NCBI GenBank assembly: GCA_977862235.1
Contig: OZ374557.1
Coordinates: forward strand, 1,426,001 to 1,490,000
Reading direction: 5' to 3'
Source: Dudresnaya verticillata
Lineage: Eukaryota
Length of the DNA: 64,000 nucleotides
In this document: positions 34,604 through 47,801 of the stretch, piece by piece
Layout: each line of letters opens with the position of its first letter
Position numbering within the stretch: the first letter of the stretch is position 1
The notes under the pieces: generated by a model
Database searches by the model: none
What the model saw: the letters and a program-made list of their open reading frames with translations, nothing else
What the model was told of the DNA's origin: nothing
Position numbers and translations under genes: made by a program

Positions 34604-37180
34604 ATGGACCCTACCGTATCGGATCAAGGTGAGGTGCCGTCAACCGCGAGATCACGCCGCGTTGACGATAACACCGTCCCGGAGGTGCCCTCTACAGCGA
34701 GAACACGCCGCAGTGAGCCTACCGAACCGGAGGTAGCCTCTGCCACGAGAACACGCCGTGGCGATGCTGCCGACCTGAACCCCGGTATGGAGAACCCCTA
34801 AGAACTCCTTAAGGTGTAGCCAGTAAGCTCTCTAGATCCCGACCTGGTTCAGATACTTCCCGCAAGGATGTATCCAAGCCAGGTGACTCCAATCATGTCC
34901 ATTGGATACTTTCGGAAGTCATCCCACGGGTGTTGGAGCATTTCCGCATAGAGATGCAACCCAACATGGTCAAGGAGGTTGAGACCACGCTCGCCGACAC
35001 GTTCCGGTCATTGTTAGCTCCTACCTGCAGAAACACCTTCCGGAGTTGGTACAGACGCTCATCCGTCAGGAGCGTCAGGCGTCGGAGATCGAGCAGATGC
35101 CCATCCCCGGACAACCCCTACCGGGACCCAAGGAGCAGCCCTTTTCTGGACCTACACCGATACGGAATAACTTCCCGGTCAAGGGAGAAACGACGTATAT
35201 TCCAGAAAGCCCCACTCAGGTGTTTCCGCCCGATCCGGTAAGGACAGCGGCAGCCCCTGGGTTACCTACCCAAACTCAATACACCGAATTGGATCCAACA
35301 CACCAACCCCAACCGAATCGGAGTACGGTCCCTGGACCCGCAGAAGTGCCTGCGGGGGAACGTATCACCGTGCCGGTGGCTTCGCGTAGAGGCAGTGAGC
35401 ACTCCGATGGTGACTCCAAGAAAAACCAAGACCGGAGTGGTAGAGGCAGTGCTGAAAGAAAGGCCAAGGACTCCCACTCCGATAAGGAACGTGACCGTTC
35501 GCAACGGAGCAAACGCGCTTCGCGACAGGACAACGAACACTCCAGTACGGAATCTGATGATAGCCAACACCGCAATAGGAAGAAGAATAAGCGCAAGTCG
35601 CGCCATACGCGCCGGAGAGGGCATGACTCCTCCCATTCCTCCGGCTCTGATACGAGCTACTCCGATACGGATAGGGACGAGCGGCGTCGGGCCAGAAAAC
35701 ACCACGCCAAACACCGAGAGGTCGACAGGCCACTCCCAAAGGTAATCCGCCCCCTGAACGACAGGTTCGTGAAGGCGCTGGATTTCCGAACATACCGACT
35801 GGAGAAAAAGAGTTCATACTACAGCTCTAGCTTGTCCCAGAATATGGGACGCATCCGCAAAAAGCTGGAGGTACAAATGAAGTCCCAATCCTTTAACGGT
35901 ACAGACCCATCACGGTCCTTGGATTTCTCGCGAAGTTCAAGGATGCGTGTAACATCAGCTCCATTTCGGAAGGAACCGCACTGCGGTATTTCCAGTTTTT
36001 CTTAAGTGGACAGGCTGAAACTTTGCTTCACGCCCGTCTCGCTGGTGGCACCACGGCGGTTGACGAGCAAGCACGCGGTTGAAGAGCAAGCAGAGGTGGT
36101 GAACGTTTTGCTAAGGACTTATGCTACCGATGAGGTGATTGCCGAAGGGTATTCGGACGTAATGTCGTTTCGAAATACGTCGGCCTTAACGGAAGAGCAA
36201 TTCTCCAACCAACTTTGGACTAAGGCACTCCGATGCGGTACAGTATTCTCCGACAGGTCCCTCAAGTCGCTGTTTGTGGAAGGACTCCTACCGGGAACGT
36301 GTCAGCAGATGCGCAATTATCTGGCAACACCCCCCATATGGATTACCAAGCCATAACCCGCTACGGTAAAGGGCTTGGAGAATCCCATCGGGCAACCAGA
36401 CGCCAATCGTCAGCGGTGCACTTCTTCGACGGAAAACCGAAGACGTCACGACGTTCTGGCGTTCCGTCGATTGGTTCTCCATCGGCGTACAACTACTCAG
36501 AGTATCTCACTGAATCGGAGGAGCACGTGCTCTCCCTGGAAGGTGGCGCGGGTCGCAGCGCCGGCACCTCGTCGGGGGTTACGTTTACTACAGCGTACTC
36601 TTCCCCACCGAGTAGTGTCTACCCTACTCCGCCTCGGACGCCCAACCTACGCCCACCAGCGCCACGGATGCAACCACCCCGGCAACCCCGCTAAGGACCG
36701 GCTGATAGCCGTTATGGTCCCGCCACACACCGTCAAGGAACCACCGGGCAGCATCCCAGCCATATTGGACACCCCCACGGCAACACGTCTCCCCGTCAAG
36801 GGCAGGGCGAACACCGTATTGGAAAACAACCCCCTGCCGCAGAGCATACGGATCACACCTCACCGGATATCAGACGCCTCTATGCAAGCGGCTACTGTCG
36901 CTTGTGCCTCCCCCCGGACCATGTCATTTGTCCGTATCTGAGCGACACCGAAAGGGATCCCCTGATCGAAGAACGCGAGCGCAACTATCAGGCGATCCTC
37001 CTCCAGCGGTAGGCCTTCGCCAACTCCAATACGGGAAATCGTCCGCCGGGTAACTACCACCAACGCCCCGCGCGGGTGCTGACTGTCGATGGTGGTGCGG
37101 TTTACGAGCCCCCAGCTGATATGGTGGAGGAGGCACTCATGGCACACCCCGACTCGGAAAACGTCGCAGGAGACGTGTAA
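34604..37180 (+). pseudogene. gag: Gag of B1, multiple lesions
   Basis: Colinear with B2 gag; EVPSTARSRR-type repeat three times; FNGTDP; CRLCLPPDHVICP. Confidence 0.9.
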
Positions 37181-40100
37181 GGGCGTCCCCGTCTCCTCAA
37201 TGCGACGTGGTACGCCCACCAATACGGGCTTTGCCGGACTGTCAGTCCGCCACCATTACGGAGTACCCCCTTGATTTTGTTCCAGAAATCCCCCTTGAAT
37301 TTCCACTACACGGTGATTCTGTCTGTGTTCTACAACGCAGAATTATAAAATCCAGATTACTGTGGGAAGAAGTAATGACCTCATGTTACCTCTCGTCACC
37401 GTATTGTATTCTGGTGCTGGGCCAAATCTCATTAACGCCAGATGGCTTCCACGCCACTGGTTGTCTTTGATTCGCCCCGCTGCCAGTCCACCTTTACGGG
37501 ATGCGTCCAATAGGTCGATACGTCCGCTTGGTGTCATTCAACTTTTTTCCGTATCGGAGAATTGCGTACTCGAGTCCACTTCTTGGTGGTCGCGAACCTC
37601 GCTGCTCCGTGTATTCTGGGAACCAGTTTTATTGATCGCCATGTCAAGGCGATCCTCCCACCGGCACGGAAAGTTGTTTTTCATCACCACGCCCCGGTTT
37701 CGCTAATGGGACAAACCAGACACTCAAAAACGGTGGCTGCTTCTACTCTTCAGGGCCCCCCTGTGTCATCCGCTTCGGTGTCGCAAAAGCTCCGACTAGC
37801 AAAATCCCTTATTATTCCCCCTATGATCCAATCCCTTGCATTGGTCACCACTCCTACCGGTGGTTTGTGTTTTCTTCAAAACCATCCCAAACCCATCCAT
37901 AAGCACCTCACCCTTATGGCTAACGGGGTTATGGATATAATCCCTAACAAACCCTTTAAGGTGTGGCTGGCTAATTTTTCCCCCAAACCGGTGCGGTTAC
38001 CTAAGTCTACCGTCCTGGGCCTCGCTACTGCTGCTCCCTCTGCCATACTCACCGTTAACGGTGTACCTCCATTTAAGGAGGGGGGAGGACATATTAATTC
38101 CTTTTCTACTCCTCCTAATGAAAGCAGCAAGGCTACACCCCAAGATGGATTCAAAGGAAACACCGTATCGGAATCAACTACTACCCCTGACACCGATTGG
38201 AAAGATAACATCCATATTGGTGCCAAGGATGAAAACCTCCGCGCTAAGGTGGTTACACTCCTCGAGGATTTCAGCACTATGTGGAACGGCGAGTTAGGAA
38301 ATATAACTGCCGCGAAACACCGTATTGAATTAATGCCTGGTGCCAAACCGGTATATCAAGCACCATATGGGGCAGGACATAAACAGCGCGAGCTGGAGAA
38401 GGCAGAAGTGGATCGTATGTTGTCCGGTAAGGTTATCGAGCCATCCGCTTCGGAGTGGGCTAGCCCTGTGGTCTTCGTTCCTAAAAGGACGGCTCCATGC
38501 GGTTTTGTGTCGATTATAGACGTCTTAACGCTGTCACCGTTCGGAATTCATACCCTTTACCCCGGATGGATGAATGTATCGACTCCCTTGGAGAAGCTAC
38601 AGTATTCACCACTCTGGATTGTAATAGTGGATACTGGCAAGTAGAGATCCCCGAGGAGGAGCGTGACAAAACTACCTTCACCAGTCATTTTGGATTATAG
38701 CGCTTCCGGAGAATGCCTTTTGGGCTCAAGAACGCACCCGCTACTTTCCAACGGGCGGTTGACATCATCCTATCTACGGTGAAATGGCAATTTGCCTTAG
38801 TCTACCTGGATGATGTGATTGTATATTCAAACACCGTCACGGAGCACTTCGAACACCTTAAGTAGGTCCTCACGCTACTCCGTTCCGCAGGTGTAACTCC
38901 GAAATTATCAAAGTGTGCCTTCTTCGACACTTCCATACAGTATCTGGGCCACATAGTGCGCCCGGGTCAACTGGAAGTGGAACGGAAGAATATTCTCGCC
39001 GTCAAGGAGGCTAAGCCACCTACAAACCAAACGGAGTTGCGCTTTTTTCTAGGATTATGTAACGTCTATCGATGCTTCGTTCCCAATTTCGCACGTATTG
39101 CTTCGCCACTCAATAAGAAAACCGGCAAGGGTCTGGTATTCGAGTTTGGCACTCTCACCGAAACGGAGTTTAACGCCTTTGAGGAGTTAAAGAGACACTT
39201 AATCTCCCCTCCAATATTGGCTTTACCCCGTCATGGTTTCAATTATACGTTGGATACCGACGCTTGTGATTACCAAGTTGGGTGTGTCCTTCTCCAGGAG
39301 CAACCTAGTGGAGATAATCTACCCGTTGGTTGCTGGAGCCGAAGCCTAACCGATGCGGAGAAGAATTACACAACCACTGAAAAGGAGTGCCTTGCTGTAG
39401 TTTGGAGTATGCTAACGCTACGCCCCTACCTTTATGGTGAAAATTTTATACTCCGTACGGATCACGACACATTACGCTGGATATTGAGTTTAGCCAATGC
39501 GTCTGGACGCTTAGCAAGATGGAGCCTACGCCTATTGGAATTTGAGTTCGAAGTACAATACCGCCCTGGTATCAAGCACCAACTCGCAGACGGTATGTCA
39601 AGACTCCGAACAGGTGGTGCTGACAAAGCTGAGTTGGATGAGGAAGTGCCTTGCTTCGTTATGGAATCGACTCCTAATGGTGTAGTGCAACATGGTGTGG
39701 ACTAACCAATTGGAAACAGACCCATCAGCAACCTGACGCCGCAAGCAGCCTTGTCCTAGGCGTTGAAAGTGGAGACCCCGAAACGGATACTACGCCTGAA
39801 AAGGATACAGTACCACCCACTCCACTCCGGCAAACGGTCATCCAACAAGAGGACATGCGCAATGAGACCCTTACCCGTGAGGTCTTCATAGCCGCGCAAG
39901 AAACGGATAATTTCTGCACGCTTAAAGCCGAATCGGTGGGATCCCCTGGATCACAATTTGACTACGACCGACATGGGTTTCTTGTGCGCAAGTCTGCCCT
40001 CGACGGCGCATTCCAAACGGTGGTACCGCAACAGATGCGCGGCAGGGTCCTGTATCTTGCCCACTACACCCTCATATCGGGACACCCTGGCGGAATTAAA

Positions 40101-41555
40101 ATGTAATACACCTTACGGAGAGACTACTATTGGCCACATATGGCTAACGAAGTATTCGAGACTGTTCGGAGTTGCCGCTCATGTGTCAAAACCAAGGGCT
40201 CGCGGTTTCAGCATCAGAAGTTCATGAAGCTATTTCCCGCCAGTGGCCCACTGTAGTTTGTCGCTACGGACATACTGGGCCCGCTGCCGAAAACCAAACG
40301 GGGATACGTCTTTGTACTGGTCATCACCGATCGGTTTCCTAAACTAACACGGTGCATTCCGTTACGGACGATTACAGCCGTCGTGGTGGCGAACGAATTT
40401 TTAGACCATTGGGTGTATGCGTATGGCGCACCTAAATTTGTACTCACCGACAATGGAAGACAGTTCACGGCGAAGTTCTTCGACGCTGTCTGTGCCCTAC
40501 TCGGAGTGCGGGATTTGTTGACCGCTGCCTATCACCCGCAAACCAACGGGCAAGGCGAGCGGTTTAACAAAACCATCGCACAGCGCCTTCGACACTACGT
40601 TGAGGATCACCACACCGATTGGGATTTATACCTACAGCCGTTGACCTACGCCTACAATATGCAGGTACACCGGATTACGGATACTACTCACTTTGACTTG
40701 GTGTTAACTCGACACCCATCGGATAGTATTGTGCGTGGCACCCCTGTGGAGTTGGAAGAAACCGTTACGGAGGGACGTATGACACCCGTACTCCAAAAGC
40801 GGGGAACCATGCGGCGTTTGCGCTATGCCCTACAGAAGGCGCAGACCAAACATACTACAGCCCAGTTGAAGTCTAAGGCCCTCTTCGACCGTAAGGTACG
40901 TTTCCGACCGGTGGTTCGCGGTGGCGATCAAGTCTACGTCGATCGCCCACCGCGTAATCTACGACCCACCGAACGGAAGGAACGCGACCGATTGGGTCAA
41001 GGCCCTGACCACGTCGGTGAATTTGCGGAGCAAATGAAGAAGGTCCTCCCAAGATCGATGGGCCCCTACGAGGTGCACACCGCAACGGATACTGTAGTCA
41101 CTATCAAGAAGGATGGCGTCCTGGTTCCCATCAGAATCGATCGCATCACTAAGGTACCAATTGGAGTTCCCGTGCAACCGGCGCCGCTATTGGCTCCGCC
41201 GGTTACGCCACACACCGACGTGGACGGTACAGTACCCCAGCAGGCGGGAGGCACCACAGTAGTACCCCAAACACCAGGTGGTATTACTGTAACGCCCCAA
41301 ACGCCAGGCGGTATTCCTGCCCCCGTGCCGGAGACAATTGATGCCGACACGGAGTATGTCATCGAGCAGATCGTGGGACACCGCGAAGAACCCACGGGCA
41401 TGACCTACAAGGTGCCTTGGTACGGCTACCCACCAGACCAGTACACGTATGAACCCGCTGAGGAGTTGCCGCAAAACTTCATACACCGCTATTGGAATAG
41501 AAAACGCACGGCAGCCGCTGCAGCTCGACGTCGCAGAACTCCCACGCGTCGATAG
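37162..41555 (+). pseudogene. pol: Pol of B1 with chromodomain, multiple lesions
   Basis: RFCVDYRRLN, YLDD, DTDACD, TDNG, YVIEQIVGH...WYGY...TYEP; -1 site G GAA AAC at 37156-37162. Confidence 0.95.
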
Positions 41556-41937
41556 CCAGTCGCTACTCACCCACGCAGTAGGGGTTTTGGCAAAATCGGT
41601 AATGACCTGTGGACTCCGTGTTCACGGAACTCTTGCCCAAGGGGCCCTACTCCGTATTGGTGACTTGGCGTTGGTACAAAATGGGCATGACCTCTGGACT
41701 CTGGAACCACAGAACCCTTGCCCAAGGGGCTCTACTCCATATTGGTGAATCGCCGGCAAGCGCGCAACCACTTCTGGTATCAGGTGGTTGTCAACCTGAC
41801 GCAAAGCCTTGTATGGTGGAGGGTATCCCCGCCATTTCGGGACTCACTCCACAGTGGTGTTATTCCACTTCCCCTCCGCCAGTGGAAGGGGGCTCACAAA
41901 AATCACAAGATTTTATTGACAAGTGGCATTACTACGC

Positions 41938-44654
41938 TTACACTGCATTTCGCGGACGCTTCGCTGGTGGCGCCAGGTCAGCCTCCGTATCCTCCTCTTT
42001 TGCCGCACTCTCCTCCAAGTCGGGAATATCTTCACCATACACCCTTGCGGTAATCATGGTGAGTCTCCTACCGGTGTCTGCCATGCCACGACGCAAGGCA
42101 CGAATAGTGCGCCGCAGGCGCACCAGACGCCCGACCCACAGCACTGCGGTGTTCTTGGCCTCGTTTGCGGACGCTGGGAGCGGCATACCCGCGTCCCTAC
42201 ACCCTTCGCGGAGTCGCTGCAGAGCAGCCCCATCGACACGCAAATCCGCGTCGCACCACGTCGACATTTCCACATCGGTGTCCTTCTCCTCCTTGACCGT
42301 GACGGAATCAGTAGGCCTTGCCGCGGTACCAGCTGGATCCAAGGGCGTGACGCAGACGACGGAGTCACTGGACTCTGTCGACGTCGGTTTGACCACGCCG
42401 CCCCGCTTTGGTGTACCTTCCTGCATTTTGGCGGACGGATTCACCCCCAATGGTGTAGACGCCATTCTTTTCCCCATTGGCGTGGGAGCCACTTCCGCAT
42501 CGGAGTCTTCTGGTGTTCCAATGGGTCCCAGCTGAGCGGTCTTGGCCGCCCGCGTTACTGGCTGGGTCTCCACGCTGGTAACCTTCTCTCCCGTAGTTGG
42601 TGGAGCACGGGCCTCACTAACCCTCGGCCGCACCACTGTCCTAAGCGGAACCGCATCGGTGTGCGCCGGTGATGCCGGGGGCGGCAATACAACCTTCGTC
42701 CCCTGTTCCGTTGCTCCTTTTGGAGACACCGTTACGGGCTTAGTCGGCGGTACCGCCGCGCGATCGCGGTTACTCGCTTCAACCTCTGGCGATTCGCGGG
42801 GCACCAACATCCTCGGGTCTGCACGCGTTGGCTCGATGCCTATCATTCCCACGGGTGCAACTTCTTCCTGATCCGCCAAGGGGCTCCCGCCACGCGCACG
42901 TGCCCCAGACGGCATACCCCACTCGCGGTGTCCCGACCGCCTCGGTGGCCCCTCCGTGACCGGATAGTGCCTTGCGTGGGATCGCATCGCATTCCAGTTG
43001 GCCATCTCCTCATCAAGCAACCACACCGGATCGGGATCCTCCGCCGACAGGTAGTAAGGTAGACCGCACCCTGGACTCAGCGGCGGAACGGACAACACCC
43101 GGTCGTCGTCCCAATGGTAGCCGACGAAACCCGGTGTCTTCTTCCAGTTGGTGTTTGTGTGAATCGTGAACAACCGTTGCACGCGCTCCAACGGATACTC
43201 GGTCCCCTCCACGAGCGCGGCTACTCCCATTTGGTGTATGAGCGAGACGACCTTGGCGGGCAACTCGAAAATGCGCCCACAGTCGCCACCCTCCGGCTCG
43301 GTGCTGTCTCTTGGGACGGCTCTCCAATCGGTCATTTTCGTGTTGGCACGCACACCGCGATAGGTAACTTGTAGCCACGAAAAGAGCACGAACATCGCCC
43401 ACTCCGAACGCAGGATCAACTCCAAAACGTTCATCTGTGGGTGATCGATTGACTTCTCTCCGCCGGGGTGTAACTCTTTCCAATTACCGTGTCGAAGGAA
43501 CCTATTCGTGAAGTACGCCACCACGGTCGGAGTTGGCACCGAAAGCCAGCGAGTGACCTCGTATTCGGCCCACCACTCCGGCGCGGTAAGGTAGAGGCTG
43601 CGGTGCGATGACGCAGGCACTTGGAAGAATTCGTGGGTATTCCACGTGTGGAGCAACACCCTACCCAAACGGCGCCCATCGCGATCCCGTGAACGGAGTC
43701 GGTGTTCCTTCGCTGAGTCGTCGGACCACCGTTGCGGATTGCCAAACCAATGTACACCCTGGTCGTACGGTTTGGTGTAGCACAAGAACTCCACACCCAC
43801 TGCACGATCCTGCAGCCGATGTGCGGACACCAATAAGCGGAATACCTTCTCGGCATAACCCTCTTCTTCCTGACACCGCACCCATACGATGGCACACTCA
43901 CGAGGAGTCCGCGTCCGGCAAGCGGAGTGAATCCAGCGGGACTTCCACATTTCTTCCCGCCGGTTCGGAAACCACTTGTGGTTGATCAGCCCGCTGGACT
44001 CCGTCACGGCGTTACAGCGGCGCCCCTCCAGCGTCTCGGCGTAATCCATCACGAACACCGAAACGGGAAGGGGGGGCGGACCATGTCGCGCTCCTCTTCG
44101 GTGCAGTGACACCGACCGGTGCGGTGATCGTATTCGCGACCCAACCACGTCGCCTCATCGGTGTACTCGGTTGAGCTCGCGAGACCCCGATACCCAGCTG
44201 GAGTGAACGATCTTGGCCCAGGTGGAGTAATCACGCCACCCCTCGTCGGTGACGGCAGTGGGTGCACGCTCCCAGTCCGACCATGCGGAGTCGACCATTG
44301 TTGCTCCGGCGCAACCGGCGTGACTCCCCCCTGTCGTGGCTCGCCGCTTGCGCGGTACTCCATTTCGGTGTTACCCATGGCCCTGCCAGGCCTATGCGCC
44401 CCATCTCCCACTTGACGCTCCGGAAGCGGTGTACCCGAAGTCGGGCCCTCGCCCCGGATGCGGCGGCGTGGCACCCTCGGGCTGGTTGGACGCCCTGGCG
44501 CTCCGGCCCCCACGATAGGCAACTCCGGTATGGTGGTCGGCCGCGCCTCTTCTTCTCGCGTGGAAATCTCCGCTGCTGGCACCTCCCCCGCCGACTGCGA
44601 ATGGCGCGTCGGCTGAAAAGGGGACCGTCCGCGGTCAGTGCTGACACCCGCCAT
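41938..44654 (-). CDS. Antisense accessory protein of family B (736-codon open frame; ~900 aa if a C-run frameshift at ~44070 is corrected), unknown function
   Basis: Long uninterrupted ORF with a Trp/Tyr-rich globular part homologous to 18139-19400, then a Pro/Thr-rich linker and a C-terminal helical segment ending PPAKRPR. Confidence 0.75.
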
Positions 44655-44816
44655 GGCAAACAGCACACCGGAATGGAAGAGCGCGTTGGTTGACCGGCAA
44701 GATGATGCACCAGTTGGTAAGGGAGTGGATGGTGGAATGTTGCGGTATACCTGAATGGAGTGAGTACCCAACTCCCGAGGCGCACGAGGACGTGTCGCCA
44801 TTTAAGGAGGGGGGTC

Positions 44817-45360
44817 TGTGCTGAAGCGGCCGTTTCGGAGTGCGGACGACGGTTGAGCCGACTCGCGCCCGGCGCACTGGTGAGCTGGCACCAAAAGCCG
44901 AAGCGGAGTGCAGTGACACAGTAGCACTGTATGCCCTGATGGAGTCTGCGCGCACCACCAATGGGAGCCAAGTAGTTGATTTATTTGTAATTAGGTAATT
45001 ATAATCATGCTGTACAGTACGTAGTGTCAGCCGGCCAATGAGAATGCCGAGCATGTCCGCAACGGTGACCGGGACCAGTACGGCCGGACCCACCTGGTGG
45101 ACCAGACCCATTGGGGTCTGGCCCACACGGACCGGACCGCGGGGCGTATCTCCCAGTATATTAATGGGTTGCCACCGCGAGTCCTACAGTAAACGGGTAC
45201 GCAACCCTGGGCAAAGTGACTTACCCTAAGCCTTACCCTCATACTCCTTTACGGTTTCCCCTCGCCAGCCCCGTGCACGGATTCCTCTTACCTCCGTCCC
45301 GGTCTAGCTGTCTTGGCACTGTGCCTCCCCCCTTGTCTGTTGCGTCCCTTTACTCCTTAC
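44817..45360 (+). repeat. 3' LTR, truncated by ~130 bp
   Basis: Follows the PPT; homology to family B LTRs stops at ...TACTCCTTAC. Confidence 0.93.
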
Positions 45361-47801
45361 CGACATACCGTCTGCGAGTTGGTGCTTGATTCCAGGGCGG
45401 TATTGTACCTCGAACTCAAATTCTGATAGGCGTAGGCGCCATCTTGCTAAGCGTCCAGACGCATTGGCTAGACTCAATATCCAGCGTAATACGTCGTGAT
45501 CCGTACGGAGTATAAGAGTTTCACCGTAAAGGTAGGGGCGTAGCGTTAGCATACTCTAAACTACAGCAAGGCACTCCTTTTCAGTGGTTTTATAATTCTT
45601 CTCCACATCGGTTAGACTTCGGCTCCAGTAACCCACTGGTAGATTATCTCCACTAGGTTGCTCCTGGAGAAGGACACACCCAACTTGGTATTCACAAGCG
45701 TCAGTATCTAACGTGTAATTGAAACCATGTCGGGGTAAAGCCAATATTGGAGGAGAGATTAGGTGTCTCTTTAACTCCTCAAAGGCGCTAAACTCCGTTT
45801 CGGTGGGAGTTCCAAACTCGAATACCAGACCCTTGCCGGTTTTCTTATTGAGTGGCGAAGCAATGCGTGCAAAATTGGGAACGAAGCGTCGATAGACGTT
45901 ACATAATCTTAGAAAAGAGCGCAACTCCGTTTGGTTTGTAGGTGGCTTAGCCTCCTTAACGGCGAGAATATTCTTCCGTTCCACTTCCAGTTGGCCCGGG
46001 CGCACTATGTGGCCCAGATACTGTACGTAAGTGTCGAAGAAGGCACACATTGATAATTTCGGAGTTACACCTGCGGAACGGAGTAGCGTGAGGACCTCCT
46101 TAAGGTGTTCGAAGTGCTCCGTGACGGTGTTAGAATATACAATCACATCATCCAGGTAGACTAAGGCAAATTGCCATTTCACCGTAGATAGGATGATGTC
46201 AACCGCCCGTTGGAAAGTAGCGGGTGCGTTCTTGAGCCCAAAAGGCATTCTCCGGAAGCGCTATAATCCAAAATGACTGGTGAAGGTAGTTTTGTCACGC
46301 TCCTCCTCGGGGATCTCTACTTGCCAGTATCCACTATTACAATCCAGAGTGGTGAATACTGTAGCTTCTCCAAGGGAGTCGATACATTCATCCATTCGGG
46401 GTAAACGGTATAAATCCCGAACAGTGACAGCATTCAGACGCCTGTAATCGACACAAAACCGCATGGAGCCGCCCTTTTTAGGAACGAAGACCACAGGGAT
46501 GGCCCACTCCGAAGCGGATGGCTCGATCACCTCAGCGGACAACATACGATTCACTTCTGCCTTCTCCAGCTCGCGCTGTTTATGTCCTGCCCGATATGGT
46601 GCTTGATATACCGGTTTGGCACCAGGCATTAATTCAATACGGTGTTTCGCGGCAGTTATATTTCCTAACTCGCCGTTCCACATAGTGCTGAAATCCTCGA
46701 GGAGTGTAACCACCTTAGCGCGGAGGTTTTCATCCTTGGCACCAATATGGATGTGATCTTTCCAATCGGTGTCAGGGGTAGTAGTTGATTCCGATACGGT
46801 GTTTCCTTTGAATCCATCTTGGGGTGTAGCCTTGCTGCTTTCATTAGTAGGAGTAGAAAAGGAATTAATATATCCTCCCCCCTCCTTAAATGGAGTTACA
46901 CCGTTAACGGTGAGTATGGCAGAGGGAGCAGCAGTAGCGAGGCCCAGGACGGTAGACTTGGGTAACCGCACCGGTTTGGGGGAAACATTAGCCTGCCACA
47001 CCTTAAAGGGTTTGTTAGGGATTATATCCATAACTCCGTTAGCCATAAGGGTGAGGTGCTTATGGATGGGTTTGGGATGGTTTTGAAGAAAACACAAACC
47101 ACCGGTAGAAGTGGTGACCAATGCAAGGGATTGGGTCATAGGGGGATAATTAGGGATTTTGCTAGTCGGAGCTTTTGCGATACCGAAGCGGATGACACAG
47201 GGGGGCCCTGAAGAGTAGAAGCAGCCACCGTTTTGGAGTGTCTGGTTTGTCCCATGAGCGAAACCGGGGAGTGGTGATGAAAAACAACTTTCCGTGCCGG
47301 TGGGAGGATCGCCCTGACATGGCGATCAATAAAACTGGTTCCCAGAATACACGGAGCAGCGAGGTTCGCGACCACCAGGAAGTGGACTCGAGCACACAAT
47401 TCTCCGATACGGACAAAAAGTTGAATGACACCAAGCGGGCGTAGCGACCTGTTGGACGCATCCCGTAAAGGTGGACTGGCAGCAGGGCGAATCAAAGACA
47501 ACCAGTAGCGTGGAAGCCGTCTGGCGTTAATGAGATTTGGTCCAGCACCAGAATCCAATACGGTGATGAGAGGTAACATGAGGTCATTACTCCTTCCCAC
47601 GGTAATCTGGATTTTATAATTCTGCCGTTGTAGAACACAGACAGAATCACCGAGTGGTGGAAATTCAAGGCGGATTTTTGGAACAAAATCAAGGGGGTAC
47701 TCCGTAATGGTGGCGGACTGACAGTCCGGCAAAGCCCGTATTGGTGGGCGTACTACGTCGCATTGAGGGGACGGGGACGCCCTTACACGTCTCCTGCGAC
47801 G
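45361..47801 (-). pseudogene. pol: Pol of B2 (protease, RT, RNase H)
   Basis: LDSGAG, RFCVDYRRLN, YLDD, DTDACE; several stops and frameshifts. Confidence 0.93.

Larger units (their letters stand above)
33764..45360 (+). mobile_element. Ty3/Gypsy chromodomain element family B, copy B1 (3' LTR truncated)
   Basis: LTR, PBS, gag, pol, chromodomain, antisense ORF, PPT (AAGGAGGGGGG 44804-44814), LTR. Confidence 0.95.

Noticed and set aside
41609..42672. Plus-strand ORFs of 308 and 249 aa
   Set aside because: Shadow frames of the GC-rich antisense ORF with no motifs
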